Shown here piece after piece: positions 31,801-40,554 of a stretch of DNA of 64,000 bases (position 1 is its first letter; every line of letters starts with the position of its first letter). Origin of the DNA: Nitrospirota bacterium (GTDB taxonomy: Bacteria; Nitrospirota; Thermodesulfovibrionia; Thermodesulfovibrionales; Dissulfurispiraceae); the NCBI GenBank assembly GCA_040754455.1, contig JBFMCP010000004.1:38919-102918 (forward strand), written 5' to 3'. Under the pieces are notes generated by a model. The model was not told the DNA's origin and did no database searches. It saw only the letters and a list, made by a program, of their open reading frames with translations. Made by a program: the position numbers and the translations under genes.

Positions 31801-32252
31801 ATCTCGAGGCGTTCATGGACAAGCAGCTCGCCATCGCCGAGCGCAACAACCAGCTCCTGAGCATCGTCATGTTCGATATCGATAACTTCAAGACGTTCAA
31901 TGATACGTACGGCCACGATGCCGGAGATATGGCGCTTAGAGGTATTTCGCAGACCATCGCAAGGAATATACGCACTTCGGACATCGGCGTGCGCTACGGC
32001 GGAGAAGAGTTCATTATTGTCCTGCCCAATACTGATAAAATGACGGCACTCGAGGTTGCCGAGCGGATACGTCTTACGGTTGAGACGACGCCCATTACTA
32101 TCAGCCGGGACAGGCGTACGGGGATGACGGCAAGCTTCGGCGTGGCGACGTACGGTGTTGATGCAGAGAGCCTCGACGGGATTATCGCAAAGGCCGATGC
32201 AGCCCTTTACAATGCAAAAAAGGCAGGAAAGAACAGGACCTGTCTGGCGTAA
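28809..32252 (+). CDS. Multidomain diguanylate cyclase: 4 CBS, PAS/PAC repeats, GAF-like regions, GGDEF
   Basis: 1147 aa. Four CBS-like segments at the N-terminus (DVITL..., GIITERDI twice). PAS segments follow. C-terminal DPLTGLYNRRYL ... RTSDIGVRYGGEEF (GGEEF active site with an RxxD I-site 5 residues upstream). Confidence 0.85.
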   Translation: MAPRRVYDLMTTDVITLPKQATLHEAVEKLAAHNISSLVVTEKAMPVGIITERDIARIAATRSEAFSNGTSLPVADFMSENPVTICKNADIIATLEMMERNTIRRLVVTDKQGRLKGIITYSDVVKKLEEELFKVHTSIDSVTTKEILKVAPEVPLKTAIYKMSAEKKSCILVVAGASPVGILTERDIVKLLLKKISMEVPVSEVCTKNIVYVDQRTLLYDALRIMNERGIRHLAVVDDTLTLKGVVTQTDIINLLHSNITTGMKDQLQRFKESLDMLQTGFIEIELNHEGTILWLNKQGAKELGFDTVEHVMGKSFVRMLKGREQWVDFLSRIDGQTSAVTFSFYLNNKVIDGSFRPGGITVSGIFRDVTDRFIESESIRNERNRFENIVKTLSEGLMLFDRKGVLKEVNQAALEMLGMVEEELLGKPYHAQKFAIIDESGKLLGGNDLLVHQVLKTGKAVKNVIQGFKKAEGSVVWVKASVTPAFTPEGEIEEVVMVITDITELYSLEKRNQKILETAKEGYWEVTLEGRITRVNKSLSEFLGYRESELLGASVYDIVDEENRKIFEQALEKRKQGTSESYTITLKSKKGRDVYTMVSASPLSDASGRVTGAFAFITDLSDLKTTHRELERQHSTLAAINEAIVSYIRSDDIKAPIELILNAALKLTESEYGAVASFHDSGDEKGLRIISISGAEWKGDKNKDLYDRAMQQLTANGSINCPFMGNLFSRVITTKRPVISNSPDDAHRKGVPEGHMPLRTFMGVPFLWHDRVIGLIALGNKKGGYAEYELDLIETMARSVSLMLYRDDERKASMQKDYILTLIASISRDLTRALTEEEAYGIFQHYLLSLRRGNARINALSFVIIDSSKHYTQEVVRYSDEGLEDVHTFPGLDKCKAYIHSGTFLIRDLSKDYACPYHNRTTHAGSYCCTAITIGGSIAGVLYMYSKQAHFFTEAIKETIDNFIALLAPIVNNMRLLESNKKLALIDPLTGLYNRRYLEAFMDKQLAIAERNNQLLSIVMFDIDNFKTFNDTYGHDAGDMALRGISQTIARNIRTSDIGVRYGGEEFIIVLPNTDKMTALEVAERIRLTVETTPITISRDRRTGMTASFGVATYGVDAESLDGIIAKADAALYNAKKAGKNRTCLA

Positions 32253-32257
32253 ACAAA

Positions 32258-32333
32258 ATTTAAAATGCAAAAATAAAAATTAAAAATTGTGGAATTCCAT
32301 ATTTTTTATTTTTACTTTTTAAATTTTGCATTT
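32258..32333. repeat. AT-rich palindromic intergenic repeat, GCAAAAT family (best palindrome; centre GAATTC)
   Basis: aatttaaaatgcaaaaataaaaattaaaaattgtgGAATTCcatattttttatttttactttttaaattttgcattt. Lies between convergent genes; the right arm touches the uspA stop. Confidence 0.75.
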
Positions 32334-32751
32334 ACTTGACGACCAGCACCGAACACTTTGCATGGTCAACGACTTTTGTCGAAACGCTTCCGAGGAGGAA
32401 TTTTTTCGCGCCGTGCCTTCCGTGCGAACCGGTTACGATGAGATCGACCTTCATCTTCTGGGCGGTCTCGAGGATTTTTTCAGCCGGGTCGCCCTGCCGT
32501 ATCAGGGTCTTGACCTCGATTGACTTTCCGGAAAGTGATTTGCGTATTTTTTCCATTGCCTCCCTCGTCTCCTCCGAGAGAGACTCAAAGATGCGGCCTC
32601 TGTCCGCTTCGGGAAGCTCGGTAAGATACAGCTCAGGGACAACGGCGAGAACGGTAAGAGAGCCGTTGAGGCCTACGGCGATCTCAATGGCCTTTTTCAA
32701 CGCCTTATCCGAAGACTTGGAACCATCATGGGCTACGAGTATTTTTTGCAT
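32332..32751 (-). CDS. Universal stress protein (UspA family)
   Basis: MQKILVAHDGS..., DLIVTGSHGRHGAKKFLLGSVSTKVVDHAKCSVLVV. Confidence 0.9.
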   Translation of the reverse strand: MQKILVAHDGSKSSDKALKKAIEIAVGLNGSLTVLAVVPELYLTELPEADRGRIFESLSEETREAMEKIRKSLSGKSIEVKTLIRQGDPAEKILETAQKMKVDLIVTGSHGRHGAKKFLLGSVSTKVVDHAKCSVLVVK

Positions 32752-32872
32752 CCTTCCTCCTTCTTATTCCGCGTGCGCCGCAGGTAATGAATATGCCGTT
32801 TCCCTCTGTGCTTCAAAGAGCCGATCTGCCGAATGTACCCTTACCTACTGCTAAACGTTATTTTATCATATT

Positions 32873-34219
32873 TTATCGAGACTTAACATAGATTCTTATA
32901 GGGGTGCCCTTGAAGGAATACTGTTCCCGCAGGGCCTTTTCGAGAAATCTGAGGTGCTGGCCCTTGATGGCAGCATGATAGTTGACGAAGACCGTAAAGG
33001 TCGGAGGCGCTGTTCCCACCTGGGTCATGTAGTAGAACTTCAGCTCTTTTCCCCGGTAGGCGGGGAAGGGTTTGGAAGAGAGGACCTGCGCGAGGAACTT
33101 GTTGAGTTCGCCGGTGGATATCCGTTTTGCTCTTTCAGCAAGGATTTCGTCGATGAGAGGAAATATCTTGCCGGTCCTCTTTTTTTCGAGTCCCGATGTC
33201 GTAAGCACAGGAACGTACTCCATAAACCATATTTTGTTGCGGAGCTCCTGCGTAAGCCTTTTATAATCCCGGTCAGGGTCCTGCATGAGGTCCCATTTGT
33301 TCAACAGAAAGAGAGCGCTCTTGCCGTATTCATGGACAATACCGGCCACCCGCTGATCCTGCTCGACGATCCCCTGTGCGGCATCGATAACGATGATCGC
33401 TATATCGGAACGCTCTATGCTCTTGAGCGCCCTGAGCACCGAAAATCCCTCAACGGAATAACTCTGCGCCTTTTTGCGTATTCCGGCGGTGTCGATGAAG
33501 AGATATCTTTTACCGTAATAGGTGCAGATGGAGTCGATGGCATCCCGCGTTGTACCCGGAATCGAACTGACCACGAGACGTTTCTTGCCCAGAAGGGTGT
33601 TGATGAGCGTCGACTTGCCCACATTGGGTCTCCCGACGACGGCGACCTTCGGGAGCTCCATAATCTCCTGTCCGACAGGCGGTGCAGCGCCTTCCGGCGG
33701 CAGGGCGGCAATCAGCTTTTCCATGAATTCGTCAAAGTTATAGCCGGTAATCGCAGAGACGGGAATGACCTCATCCGCTCCGATGCGGTAGAATTCCGCT
33801 ATCCGGTCTTCTTTCGAGGGAGTATCTATTTTATTGATAACCCAGAGGATGCGCTTCCCTGATTTTCTGAGCACGGCCGAGAGCTCCTCATCCGAAGGGG
33901 TAAGTCCCTCCTTGCCATCGAGGAGATGGACGATCACATCGGCCTCATCAATGGCGAGCATTGCCTGCTCCCGCACCTGCTCGGCGATCTCGGCGCTTTC
34001 GTGCGGCAGTCCCTCGGCGTAAAATCCGCCGGTATCGACAACGGAGAACACCTTGTCCTCCCATTCCGCCTGTCCGTAGTTTCTGTCCCGCGTGATGCCG
34101 GGAGTGCTCTCGGTAATGGCGGCGGTCTTTTGTGCTCTGGCCCCCCTTTTAATCATACGGTTAAAAAGGGCGGACTTGCCGACGTTTGGTCTTCCGACAA
34201 TGGCAACGAGGGTGTGCAT
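32873..34219 (-). CDS. der: Ribosome-associated GTPase Der (EngA)
   Basis: Two G domains (GRPNVGKSALFN; GRPNVGKSTLIN) plus a KH-like C-terminus. Confidence 0.95.
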   Translation of the reverse strand: MHTLVAIVGRPNVGKSALFNRMIKRGARAQKTAAITESTPGITRDRNYGQAEWEDKVFSVVDTGGFYAEGLPHESAEIAEQVREQAMLAIDEADVIVHLLDGKEGLTPSDEELSAVLRKSGKRILWVINKIDTPSKEDRIAEFYRIGADEVIPVSAITGYNFDEFMEKLIAALPPEGAAPPVGQEIMELPKVAVVGRPNVGKSTLINTLLGKKRLVVSSIPGTTRDAIDSICTYYGKRYLFIDTAGIRKKAQSYSVEGFSVLRALKSIERSDIAIIVIDAAQGIVEQDQRVAGIVHEYGKSALFLLNKWDLMQDPDRDYKRLTQELRNKIWFMEYVPVLTTSGLEKKRTGKIFPLIDEILAERAKRISTGELNKFLAQVLSSKPFPAYRGKELKFYYMTQVGTAPPTFTVFVNYHAAIKGQHLRFLEKALREQYSFKGTPIRIYVKSR

Positions 34220-34221
34220 AC

Positions 34222-35592
34222 TCAGCTGTGGGGCTCAGTGATATCGTAGGTCTTTATCTTTTTGTGAAGGTTGCTTCGCTCAACAGCGATAGCCTCTGAG
34301 GTCTTTGAGATATTCCAGTTGTTTTCTTCGAGCTTCCGTATAATGAAGTCTCGCTCAAAGGCATCGCGGGCATCCTTCAGGGTCGTATAAGAAAAATAAT
34401 CATACTCTCTGAGGGACTGGCGGGACTGCAAGATGCCCAGCAGTTCGACGTCCGCTTTGGAGATGATCTTTGAAGGGACCATGATCATAAGCCGCTCGAC
34501 GATATTTTTCAATTCCCGTATATTGCCCGGCCAGTCATGATTCTGGAGCAGTGCAATGACATCAGGAGCGAGTTCCTTCGGCCTCATGCCGTTCTCAAAG
34601 GCAAAAAGCTCAATGAGATGCGCTATCAGTTGAGGGATGTCTTCACGCCGTTCCCGCAGAGGGGGGATAATAAGAGGGATGACATTCAGTCTGAAGTAGA
34701 GATCTTCCCTGAAGTTTCCCTTTCTTACTTCCTCCGCAAGGTCTTTGTTGGTCGCAGCAATAATCCTGACATCGACCTTTATGTTCTTGCTGCCGCCGAC
34801 CTTCTGGAATACCTGGGTCTCGATGACTCTGAGCACCTTTGCCTGGGTCGTCAGTGTCATATCCCCGATTTCATCAAGAAAGAGCGTCCCTTTGTCAGCC
34901 AGCTCGAATTTACCGCTCTTCTTTTCCGTAGCACCGGTGAAGGCGCCCTTTTCATGGCCAAAGAGCTCGCTCTCGATAAGCTCCTGCGGTATGGCGGCGC
35001 AGTTGACCTCGACAAAGGGCTCGCGGGAGCGGGAGCTTTTCTCATGCAGAAGCCGCGCGACGAGCTCTTTGCCGGTGCCGCTCTCGCCCAGGATAAGCAC
35101 CCTGCTGCTGCTCTGGGCCGCCATTTCGATCTGCTGCTTCAATATTCTCATTTTAGGGGAATCTCCCACCAATGTCCATTTTCTGCTTAATCCTGCCTTG
35201 AGAGAACGGTTCTCTTCCTCAAGCCTCCTTCGCTCCAGTGCCCTTCGGGCAACAATCAACACTTTCTCAAGCGAGAGGGGCTTTTCGAGGAAATCGTATG
35301 CCCCTGAGCGCGTGGCCTTTACTGCCACCTCGATATTCCCGTGTCCTGAAATCATAATGACGGGAAGATTACTGTCGATCTCTTTCATTTTTATGAGGGT
35401 CTCGATGCCGTCCATCCGGGGAAGCCATACATCGAGCAGGACGACGTCGGGCGCATGGTCTCTCACGCTCTCGACCGCCTCCTCTCCTGATGAGGCGGTG
35501 ACCACCTGGTAGCCCTCGTCTTCGAATATTCCGGAGAGACTCTCTCTTATGCCCTCTTCGTCATCGACGATTAATACGGTTGCTTTTCCCAC
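34222..35592 (-). CDS. Sigma-54-dependent response regulator (NtrC/NtrX-like)
   Basis: REC (VLIVDDE...DVWLPRMDG), GESGTGKE, ESELFGHEKGAFTGA, C-terminal HTH. Stop lies 2 nt before the der start. Confidence 0.9.
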   Translation of the reverse strand: MGKATVLIVDDEEGIRESLSGIFEDEGYQVVTASSGEEAVESVRDHAPDVVLLDVWLPRMDGIETLIKMKEIDSNLPVIMISGHGNIEVAVKATRSGAYDFLEKPLSLEKVLIVARRALERRRLEEENRSLKAGLSRKWTLVGDSPKMRILKQQIEMAAQSSSRVLILGESGTGKELVARLLHEKSSRSREPFVEVNCAAIPQELIESELFGHEKGAFTGATEKKSGKFELADKGTLFLDEIGDMTLTTQAKVLRVIETQVFQKVGGSKNIKVDVRIIAATNKDLAEEVRKGNFREDLYFRLNVIPLIIPPLRERREDIPQLIAHLIELFAFENGMRPKELAPDVIALLQNHDWPGNIRELKNIVERLMIMVPSKIISKADVELLGILQSRQSLREYDYFSYTTLKDARDAFERDFIIRKLEENNWNISKTSEAIAVERSNLHKKIKTYDITEPHS

Positions 35593-35667
35593 ACTGCATC
35601 CTTTTGTATAAAGCTGGTGCTATGGTGAATATTATAGCTTAGATAGCCGCCCGAGAGCATCGGACCT

Positions 35668-35744
35668 TCAAAAAGCAAAGATCAAAGAGCAAAAATAAAA
35701 ATTAAGAATTCTTTATTTTTTCATTTTGCTTTTTACTTTTTGTT
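35668..35744. repeat. AT-rich palindromic repeat, GCAAAAT family, inside the kinase-regulator spacer
   Basis: caaagagcaaaaataaaaattaaGAATTCtttattttttcattttgctttttactttttg. It abuts the kinase stop codon. Confidence 0.7.
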
Positions 35745-37790
35745 TTACGTGGCTGGTATCTCGATCGTAAAGATGCTGCCCTGCGGGTTATTGTCCCGCA
35801 CCAGAATCCTGCCTTCATGGTCGGCCACGATCTTGTTGGCAATCGCAAGACCGAGGCCGGTGCCGCCCTTCCTGCCGGAAAAATAGGGTAAAAAGAGCTT
35901 TTCTTTTTCTTCATCTCTGATTCCCGGCCCTGTGTCAGCGATGTCGATGATAACCTTGCTCTCTCCGCTCGCCCGGACGGAAATAGTAACCACACCCCTG
36001 TTGTCCATTGCCTTTATGGCATTATCGATGATATTGACAAAGACCCTCTTGAATTGCTCTCCGTCCAGGGATACCGGAGGCATCGTATCCGGGGTGACGA
36101 GCTTTATCGTGACATCTTTGAACCCTTTGTAGAGATCAACGGCAGCAGAGATCAGCTCGGTGAGATTGACCGGTGTTTTGTGCACTTCAGGCATTTTGCC
36201 GTATCGCGAGAAGACATCCACCAACGTCCTCAGGCTTTCGACCTCTGAAATAATCGTTTTCGTCGATTTCTCAAAGACCGCATCGAAATCCTCGTCCCGC
36301 TGCTGCCATTTTTTGATGAGCCGCTCGGTAGAGAGCTTAATGGGGGTAAGCGGGTTCTTGATCTCGTGGGCGAGCCGCCGTGCCACCTCCTGCCAGGTAA
36401 TCACCTTTTGGGCCTTTATGATTTCGGTAAGGTCATGAAAGACGACCAGCATGCCGAGGGCCTTGGCTGTATAGGACTCCCGTATTCCCGAGATATAAAT
36501 CCTGAGAAGGGCGATCCTGCCGTTGACATTGACCTTAACCTCTCTTTTGATCTCCCTGATCTCCTTGCCTTCCATCTCCCGGGCTAGAGCAGAGAGATCC
36601 TCCGAGGCGAGCGCAGCAATGAGATCGTTGTAGTCTTTGCCGGTCCAGTCCTCCTGCCGCACGTTAAGAATAGTGCAGGCAGCCCTGTTGATCGTAAGGA
36701 TTTCTCCGTCATTGGCGAGGAAGATGACCCCGGAATTAATATTCTCAAGGATATTTTCGAGAAAGAGCCTCCTCTTGTCGGACTCCAGATAGGCTTTTTC
36801 GAGAGAATCATTACTGTCCTTCAGCTGTTTAACCATCTGGTTGAAGGAGGTGATCAGGAGACCGATTTCGTCCTCGCTGTGGGTAGTGACCTGTACATTG
36901 AGGTCCCCGGAAGCGACCCGCTCGGTCGCCATGGCGAGACTCTGGATGGGTGTGGTAATGCCCCGGGATATCTTCAGAGAGACCCACAAGCCGGTAAAGA
37001 CCAGCATCAGCGTCAGAAACCCGAGGATGAGGATGTAGTTGAAGCGGAGCGGCTCTTTAAACGATTCGATTCTCACATAATCTTCATAGAGCTCTTTGAT
37101 CCGCTCTGCACGCTCGGAAATGGTCCGGGGGAGCACCAGTTCGACGATAACCACTGCTTTGCCGCTTCTTAACCGCTCCGGAACCGCAGCCCGTATGATG
37201 TCTCCTTCGTCTTTTGAAATGACCTCGGTGCCTTCCCTCCCTCTAAAGGCATCCTTGACGACCTCTGTCGCATTCTCAGGCAATGCGGTGTACGTGTGCA
37301 CCGACATGCCGGCGAGCGGGGGTGAAGCTCCTTTTGCAATATGTCGTGCAACGCTCAATGCCCGTTCTCGCTCAAAGTCATAGAACGCCCGGGCAAGTTC
37401 GACCGACCTCTTGAAAGGCTCTTTCATCTGAGGAGAAAAGAGGCGGTCAATATAATTGGTTGCGAGCCCGCTTGCGGCAATAAAGAGGAATGCCGAGGGG
37501 ATGAGGGTCAGGATCACGAAGATGGCCATGAGCTTTGTCCTGAATTTATAGCCGAGGACGCGACGGCGCCGTTCCATGTAGAGCGTGAAGATGTTCTTCG
37601 CCACAAAGAACATCAGGGTGAGGAGGGCAAGGACATTAAGGGTGAGAAGACTGATGAGCACAAAGCGCGTGGTGACATCCACAGAGGGAAGCTTTATGAA
37701 GTAAAGCTCAACCGCCGTAAGGGCGACGACAAAGAGCAGTAGGCCAAGGACGACAGCCAAATGCTTCAATATCTTTATGGTCGTCACCAA
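35745..37790 (-). CDS. Membrane sensor histidine kinase (NtrY-like: multi-TM, HAMP, PAS, HisKA, HATPase)
   Basis: 681 aa. N-terminal TM helices, HAMP (PIQSLAMATERVASGDL), PAS, H-box AHEIKNPLTPIK, G-boxes DTGPGI and GTGLGLAIA. Confidence 0.85.
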   Translation of the reverse strand: MVTTIKILKHLAVVLGLLLFVVALTAVELYFIKLPSVDVTTRFVLISLLTLNVLALLTLMFFVAKNIFTLYMERRRRVLGYKFRTKLMAIFVILTLIPSAFLFIAASGLATNYIDRLFSPQMKEPFKRSVELARAFYDFERERALSVARHIAKGASPPLAGMSVHTYTALPENATEVVKDAFRGREGTEVISKDEGDIIRAAVPERLRSGKAVVIVELVLPRTISERAERIKELYEDYVRIESFKEPLRFNYILILGFLTLMLVFTGLWVSLKISRGITTPIQSLAMATERVASGDLNVQVTTHSEDEIGLLITSFNQMVKQLKDSNDSLEKAYLESDKRRLFLENILENINSGVIFLANDGEILTINRAACTILNVRQEDWTGKDYNDLIAALASEDLSALAREMEGKEIREIKREVKVNVNGRIALLRIYISGIRESYTAKALGMLVVFHDLTEIIKAQKVITWQEVARRLAHEIKNPLTPIKLSTERLIKKWQQRDEDFDAVFEKSTKTIISEVESLRTLVDVFSRYGKMPEVHKTPVNLTELISAAVDLYKGFKDVTIKLVTPDTMPPVSLDGEQFKRVFVNIIDNAIKAMDNRGVVTISVRASGESKVIIDIADTGPGIRDEEKEKLFLPYFSGRKGGTGLGLAIANKIVADHEGRILVRDNNPQGSIFTIEIPAT

Positions 37791-37865
37791 GGCTGTTCCC
37801 TGCCTTTCTCAAACATAGTCTTCGCTTCTCTCCGGAAGAAGTGCCTCATTGGTTATCCTTAGCGG

Positions 37866-38492
37866 CTATGGCGTCCCTTTGGCGGTTATCATAAACGCCG
37901 GAGAATCCCTGAAAATTTTGAATTCGTGCTCCGGCACGAAGATGAGAATAGACCTGATGATCGCCGGTAGTTTCCTGATCCGTGATTCGATCGTAACCTT
38001 CACAAAGTACAGTCCGGGTTCCAGCTCCTTGGTGCTGGTCAATTTCAATTCGGGAATGGTTCTTGCCCATTCCATCATCGAATTCAGGTCTTTAAACCGT
38101 TTTTCGAGATGGGTCTGGCCGCTGATGCTCGTGGCCACGTATTCACGTTTTATCTGATCGCTCTTCAGGATGCGTACGATCTTTTTGCCCAATACAAATT
38201 CATCCGGCCAGACATTCCATACCCTGAAGAGGTCGATGTAGAACGTGAACTCTTTCGAGATGCCCTGGCTCAGATCGTCGGTCGTCTTAGGGTCAGGTTT
38301 TAAAACGGTAGAGACAAAGAGTTCGCTGTTGGCGAGCCTGACATTGATGTCGGTGATCTCGGCGGCAAAAAGGACAGAAGGCAGAAGCCAGAAGACAGGT
38401 AACAGAAGGCAGACGATGAAGCCAGGAATGAAAAACTTTACCTGTGCTCTGGCTTCTGACTTCTGACTTCTGACTTCACCTTGACATATCAT
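37866..38492 (-). CDS. Exported protein, DUF4390-like (usual partner of NtrY/NtrX-type systems)
   Basis: Hydrophobic N-terminus FIPGFIVCLLLPVFWLLPSVLFA. Position is upstream of the kinase and regulator on the same strand. Family call is from context and general resemblance only. Confidence 0.45.
   Translation of the reverse strand: MICQGEVRSQKSEARAQVKFFIPGFIVCLLLPVFWLLPSVLFAAEITDINVRLANSELFVSTVLKPDPKTTDDLSQGISKEFTFYIDLFRVWNVWPDEFVLGKKIVRILKSDQIKREYVATSISGQTHLEKRFKDLNSMMEWARTIPELKLTSTKELEPGLYFVKVTIESRIRKLPAIIRSILIFVPEHEFKIFRDSPAFMITAKGTP
38453..38477. repeat. Heptanucleotide tandem repeat (CTTCTGA x3.5) inside the first codons of the DUF4390-like ORF
   Basis: ggCTTCTGACTTCTGACTTCTGACTTCacc; minus strand encodes EVRSQKSEA. 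It resembles the CAGAAG/CAGAAT arms of the 3393 and 40409 elements. Confidence 0.8.
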
Positions 38493-38562
38493 GGAAAATT
38501 TATTTTCATTATAACATAGACGCTTTCAATGGAAGATATATCTCACGAAGGGGGATTGCCTT

Positions 38563-39045
38563 ATGGAGTTGAAGACAGTAGCGATTACTATTCCCGAGGG
38601 CTGCAATATCATTCTCGGCCAGACGCACTTTATCAAGACCGCCGAAGATCTCTATGAAATCATCGCAACCACGGTTCCCCAGGCAGAGTTCGGCATTGCC
38701 TTTACCGAGGCATCGGGCCCTTGTCTGATAAGGACCGAAGGGAACAGCGAAGAGCTTATCAACGTATGCGTCAGGAACCTTCAGGCGATAGGAGCGGGCC
38801 ATGTCTTTTGTGTCCTCATGAAGAATGCCTTTCCTATCAATGTCCTCAATCAAATAAAGTGGTGTCCCGAGGTCTGCAGGGTGTACTGTGCAACAGCGAA
38901 CCCCCTGCAGGTCGTTGTTGTGTCCGTAGAGCAGGGAAATGGTATCATAGGGGTCATTGACGGTTTTCCTCCGAAGGGTGTCGAAGGCAGTGAGGACAAA
39001 GCCCGGAGAAAGGAGTTTTTGAGGAAGATCGGTTATAAGCTTTAA
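38563..39045 (+). CDS. Adenosine-specific kinase family protein (PF04008-like)
   Basis: [17 protein letters not shown]..., [20 protein letters not shown].... Confidence 0.6.
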   Translation: MELKTVAITIPEGCNIILGQTHFIKTAEDLYEIIATTVPQAEFGIAFTEASGPCLIRTEGNSEELINVCVRNLQAIGAGHVFCVLMKNAFPINVLNQIKWCPEVCRVYCATANPLQVVVVSVEQGNGIIGVIDGFPPKGVEGSEDKARRKEFLRKIGYKL

Positions 39046-39070
39046 AGAAGGCGAGGAGGAAGGAAGAGAA

Positions 39071-39388
39071 GTGATACCGGAATTGAAGTATGACGCAAAC
39101 GGACTTATTCCCGCCATTGTCCAGGATGCCGATAACGGCGATGTGCTGATGATGGCGTATATGAATGAAACCTCGTTGAACATGACCATTGAAACGGGCT
39201 ATACCCATTTCTGGTCGCGGTCACGGCAGAAGTATTGGAAAAAAGGTGAGACCTCAGGGAATGTGCAGGAGGTTAAAGAGATACTGTACGACTGCGACGC
39301 CGACACCCTGCTCATCAGGGTGAAGCAGCACGGCCCCGGTGCATGCCATACCGGCGAGCGGACCTGCTTTTACAGGAAAATAAAGTAG
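39071..39388 (+). CDS. hisI: Phosphoribosyl-AMP cyclohydrolase (monofunctional HisI)
   Basis: [51 protein letters not shown]...[16 protein letters not shown] start. Confidence 0.9.
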   Translation: MIPELKYDANGLIPAIVQDADNGDVLMMAYMNETSLNMTIETGYTHFWSRSRQKYWKKGETSGNVQEVKEILYDCDADTLLIRVKQHGPGACHTGERTCFYRKIK

Positions 39389-39450
39389 AAGTAAAGAAGC
39401 TAAAGGAGAAAATAAAATTTAATTTTTCCCCCATTTACTCCTTACTTCTT
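39387..39450. repeat. Small imperfect palindrome in the hisI-HIT spacer (variant of the AT-rich family)
   Basis: agaagtaaagaag ... ctccttacttct arms flank aaaataaaatttaattttt. Confidence 0.4.
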
Positions 39451-39471
39451 GCTTTTGTTTTTGGAGGGTAT

Positions 39472-39816
39472 GTGAGCGAGTGCATTTTCTGTAAGATTAT
39501 TAACAAGAAAATACCGGCAAAGATCATTTATGAGGACGACCTTGCTCTTGCTTTCGAAGATATTAATCCGCAGGCCCCGGTCCATACCCTCGTTATTCCC
39601 AAAAAACATATTTCTACTGTCCTCGATGTCGTTGACGAAGACCATCGACTCATCGGTCATTTGTTTAAGGTCGCCAATAAGGTGGCACGGGACAAGGGCA
39701 TTGCTGAAAGGGGATTCAGGGTGGTAACCAATTGCAATCACGAGAGCGGACAGACCGTGTACCATATTCACTTTCATCTGCTCGGCGGACGCAGGATGCA
39801 CTGGCCGCCGGGATAA
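39472..39816 (+). CDS. HIT-family (histidine triad) nucleotide hydrolase
   Basis: [15 protein letters not shown]..., HIHFHLLGG (HxHxHxx). GTG at 39472 with a GGAGGG RBS. The track start at 39343 would read through the repeat. Confidence 0.85.
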   Translation: MSECIFCKIINKKIPAKIIYEDDLALAFEDINPQAPVHTLVIPKKHISTVLDVVDEDHRLIGHLFKVANKVARDKGIAERGFRVVTNCNHESGQTVYHIHFHLLGGRRMHWPPG

Positions 39817-39826
39817 AAACAGACAA

Positions 39827-40408
39827 GTGGAAATTCTTGATAAAAAGACCGTCTGGCAAGGGACATTCCTCAGGACGCTTATCATTACCTACAAGGACCA
39901 TTCAGGAGCAGTGCGCACCTGGGAGGCGGTGGAACGGATCAACTGCAACGGCATCGCGGTTATTGCTCCTCTGACACCGGCGGGTGAACTTCTGCTCACG
40001 CGGCAGTTCAGGGTGGTGGTCAACAAATATGTTATCGAATTCCCTGCCGGGCTCAACGATAAGGGCGAAAACATTGCTGAAGCGGCGCAGCGTGAACTGG
40101 TTGAAGAAACCGGATACACAGCTGAATCGTTGATAGCTCTCGGTGAAGGCCCTATTTCGTCGGGAATGTCTACTGAAGTCCTGACAGCGTTCTGGGCGAG
40201 GAATGCGGTTCCTGCCTCGCCTGCAATGAGAGCGCTTTATCCCCCCGATCCGTCTGAGGATATCGAAATCATCAAGGCGCCTCTGGAGAGGGTGTACGAA
40301 ATACTCGAAGGCTTTCAGAAAAAGGGGGATATTGTAGACCTTAAAGTGTACGGCATTATCGAACTCCTCAGAAGAGAAGTAGCCAGAAGACGGAAGTCAA
40401 AAGTGTAG
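39827..40408 (+). CDS. NUDIX hydrolase (ADP-ribose pyrophosphatase-like)
   Basis: Nudix box PAGLNDKGENIAEAAQRELVEETGY. The C-terminal RREVARRRKSKV is encoded by repeat-like sequence. Confidence 0.8.
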   Translation: MEILDKKTVWQGTFLRTLIITYKDHSGAVRTWEAVERINCNGIAVIAPLTPAGELLLTRQFRVVVNKYVIEFPAGLNDKGENIAEAAQRELVEETGYTAESLIALGEGPISSGMSTEVLTAFWARNAVPASPAMRALYPPDPSEDIEIIKAPLERVYEILEGFQKKGDIVDLKVYGIIELLRREVARRRKSKV

Positions 40409-40553
40409 AGTTCAGGAGCCGGGTGCAGGAGCCGGAAGAAAGGCATTGTTGTCAGGGATAAAAGCTCCTTATTCTTTATTCTGAATTCCCGAAGCGGGTC
40501 TGCGCGAAGGAGCGCTTCGGCTGACTCCCGGCTCCTGATTTCTGGATTCTGCT
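40409..40553. repeat. Composite palindromic intergenic element, second copy of the 3393-type element (inverted orientation)
   Basis: ttcaggagccgggtgcaggagccgg pairs with cccggctcctga. Core ttcccgaagcgggtctgcgcgaagg is the reverse complement of the CCTTCGCGNAGACCCGCTTCGGGAA core seen at 3414-3438. Internal 8-bp stem ccgaagcg/cgcttcgg. Confidence 0.7.
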
Positions 40554-40554
40554 G

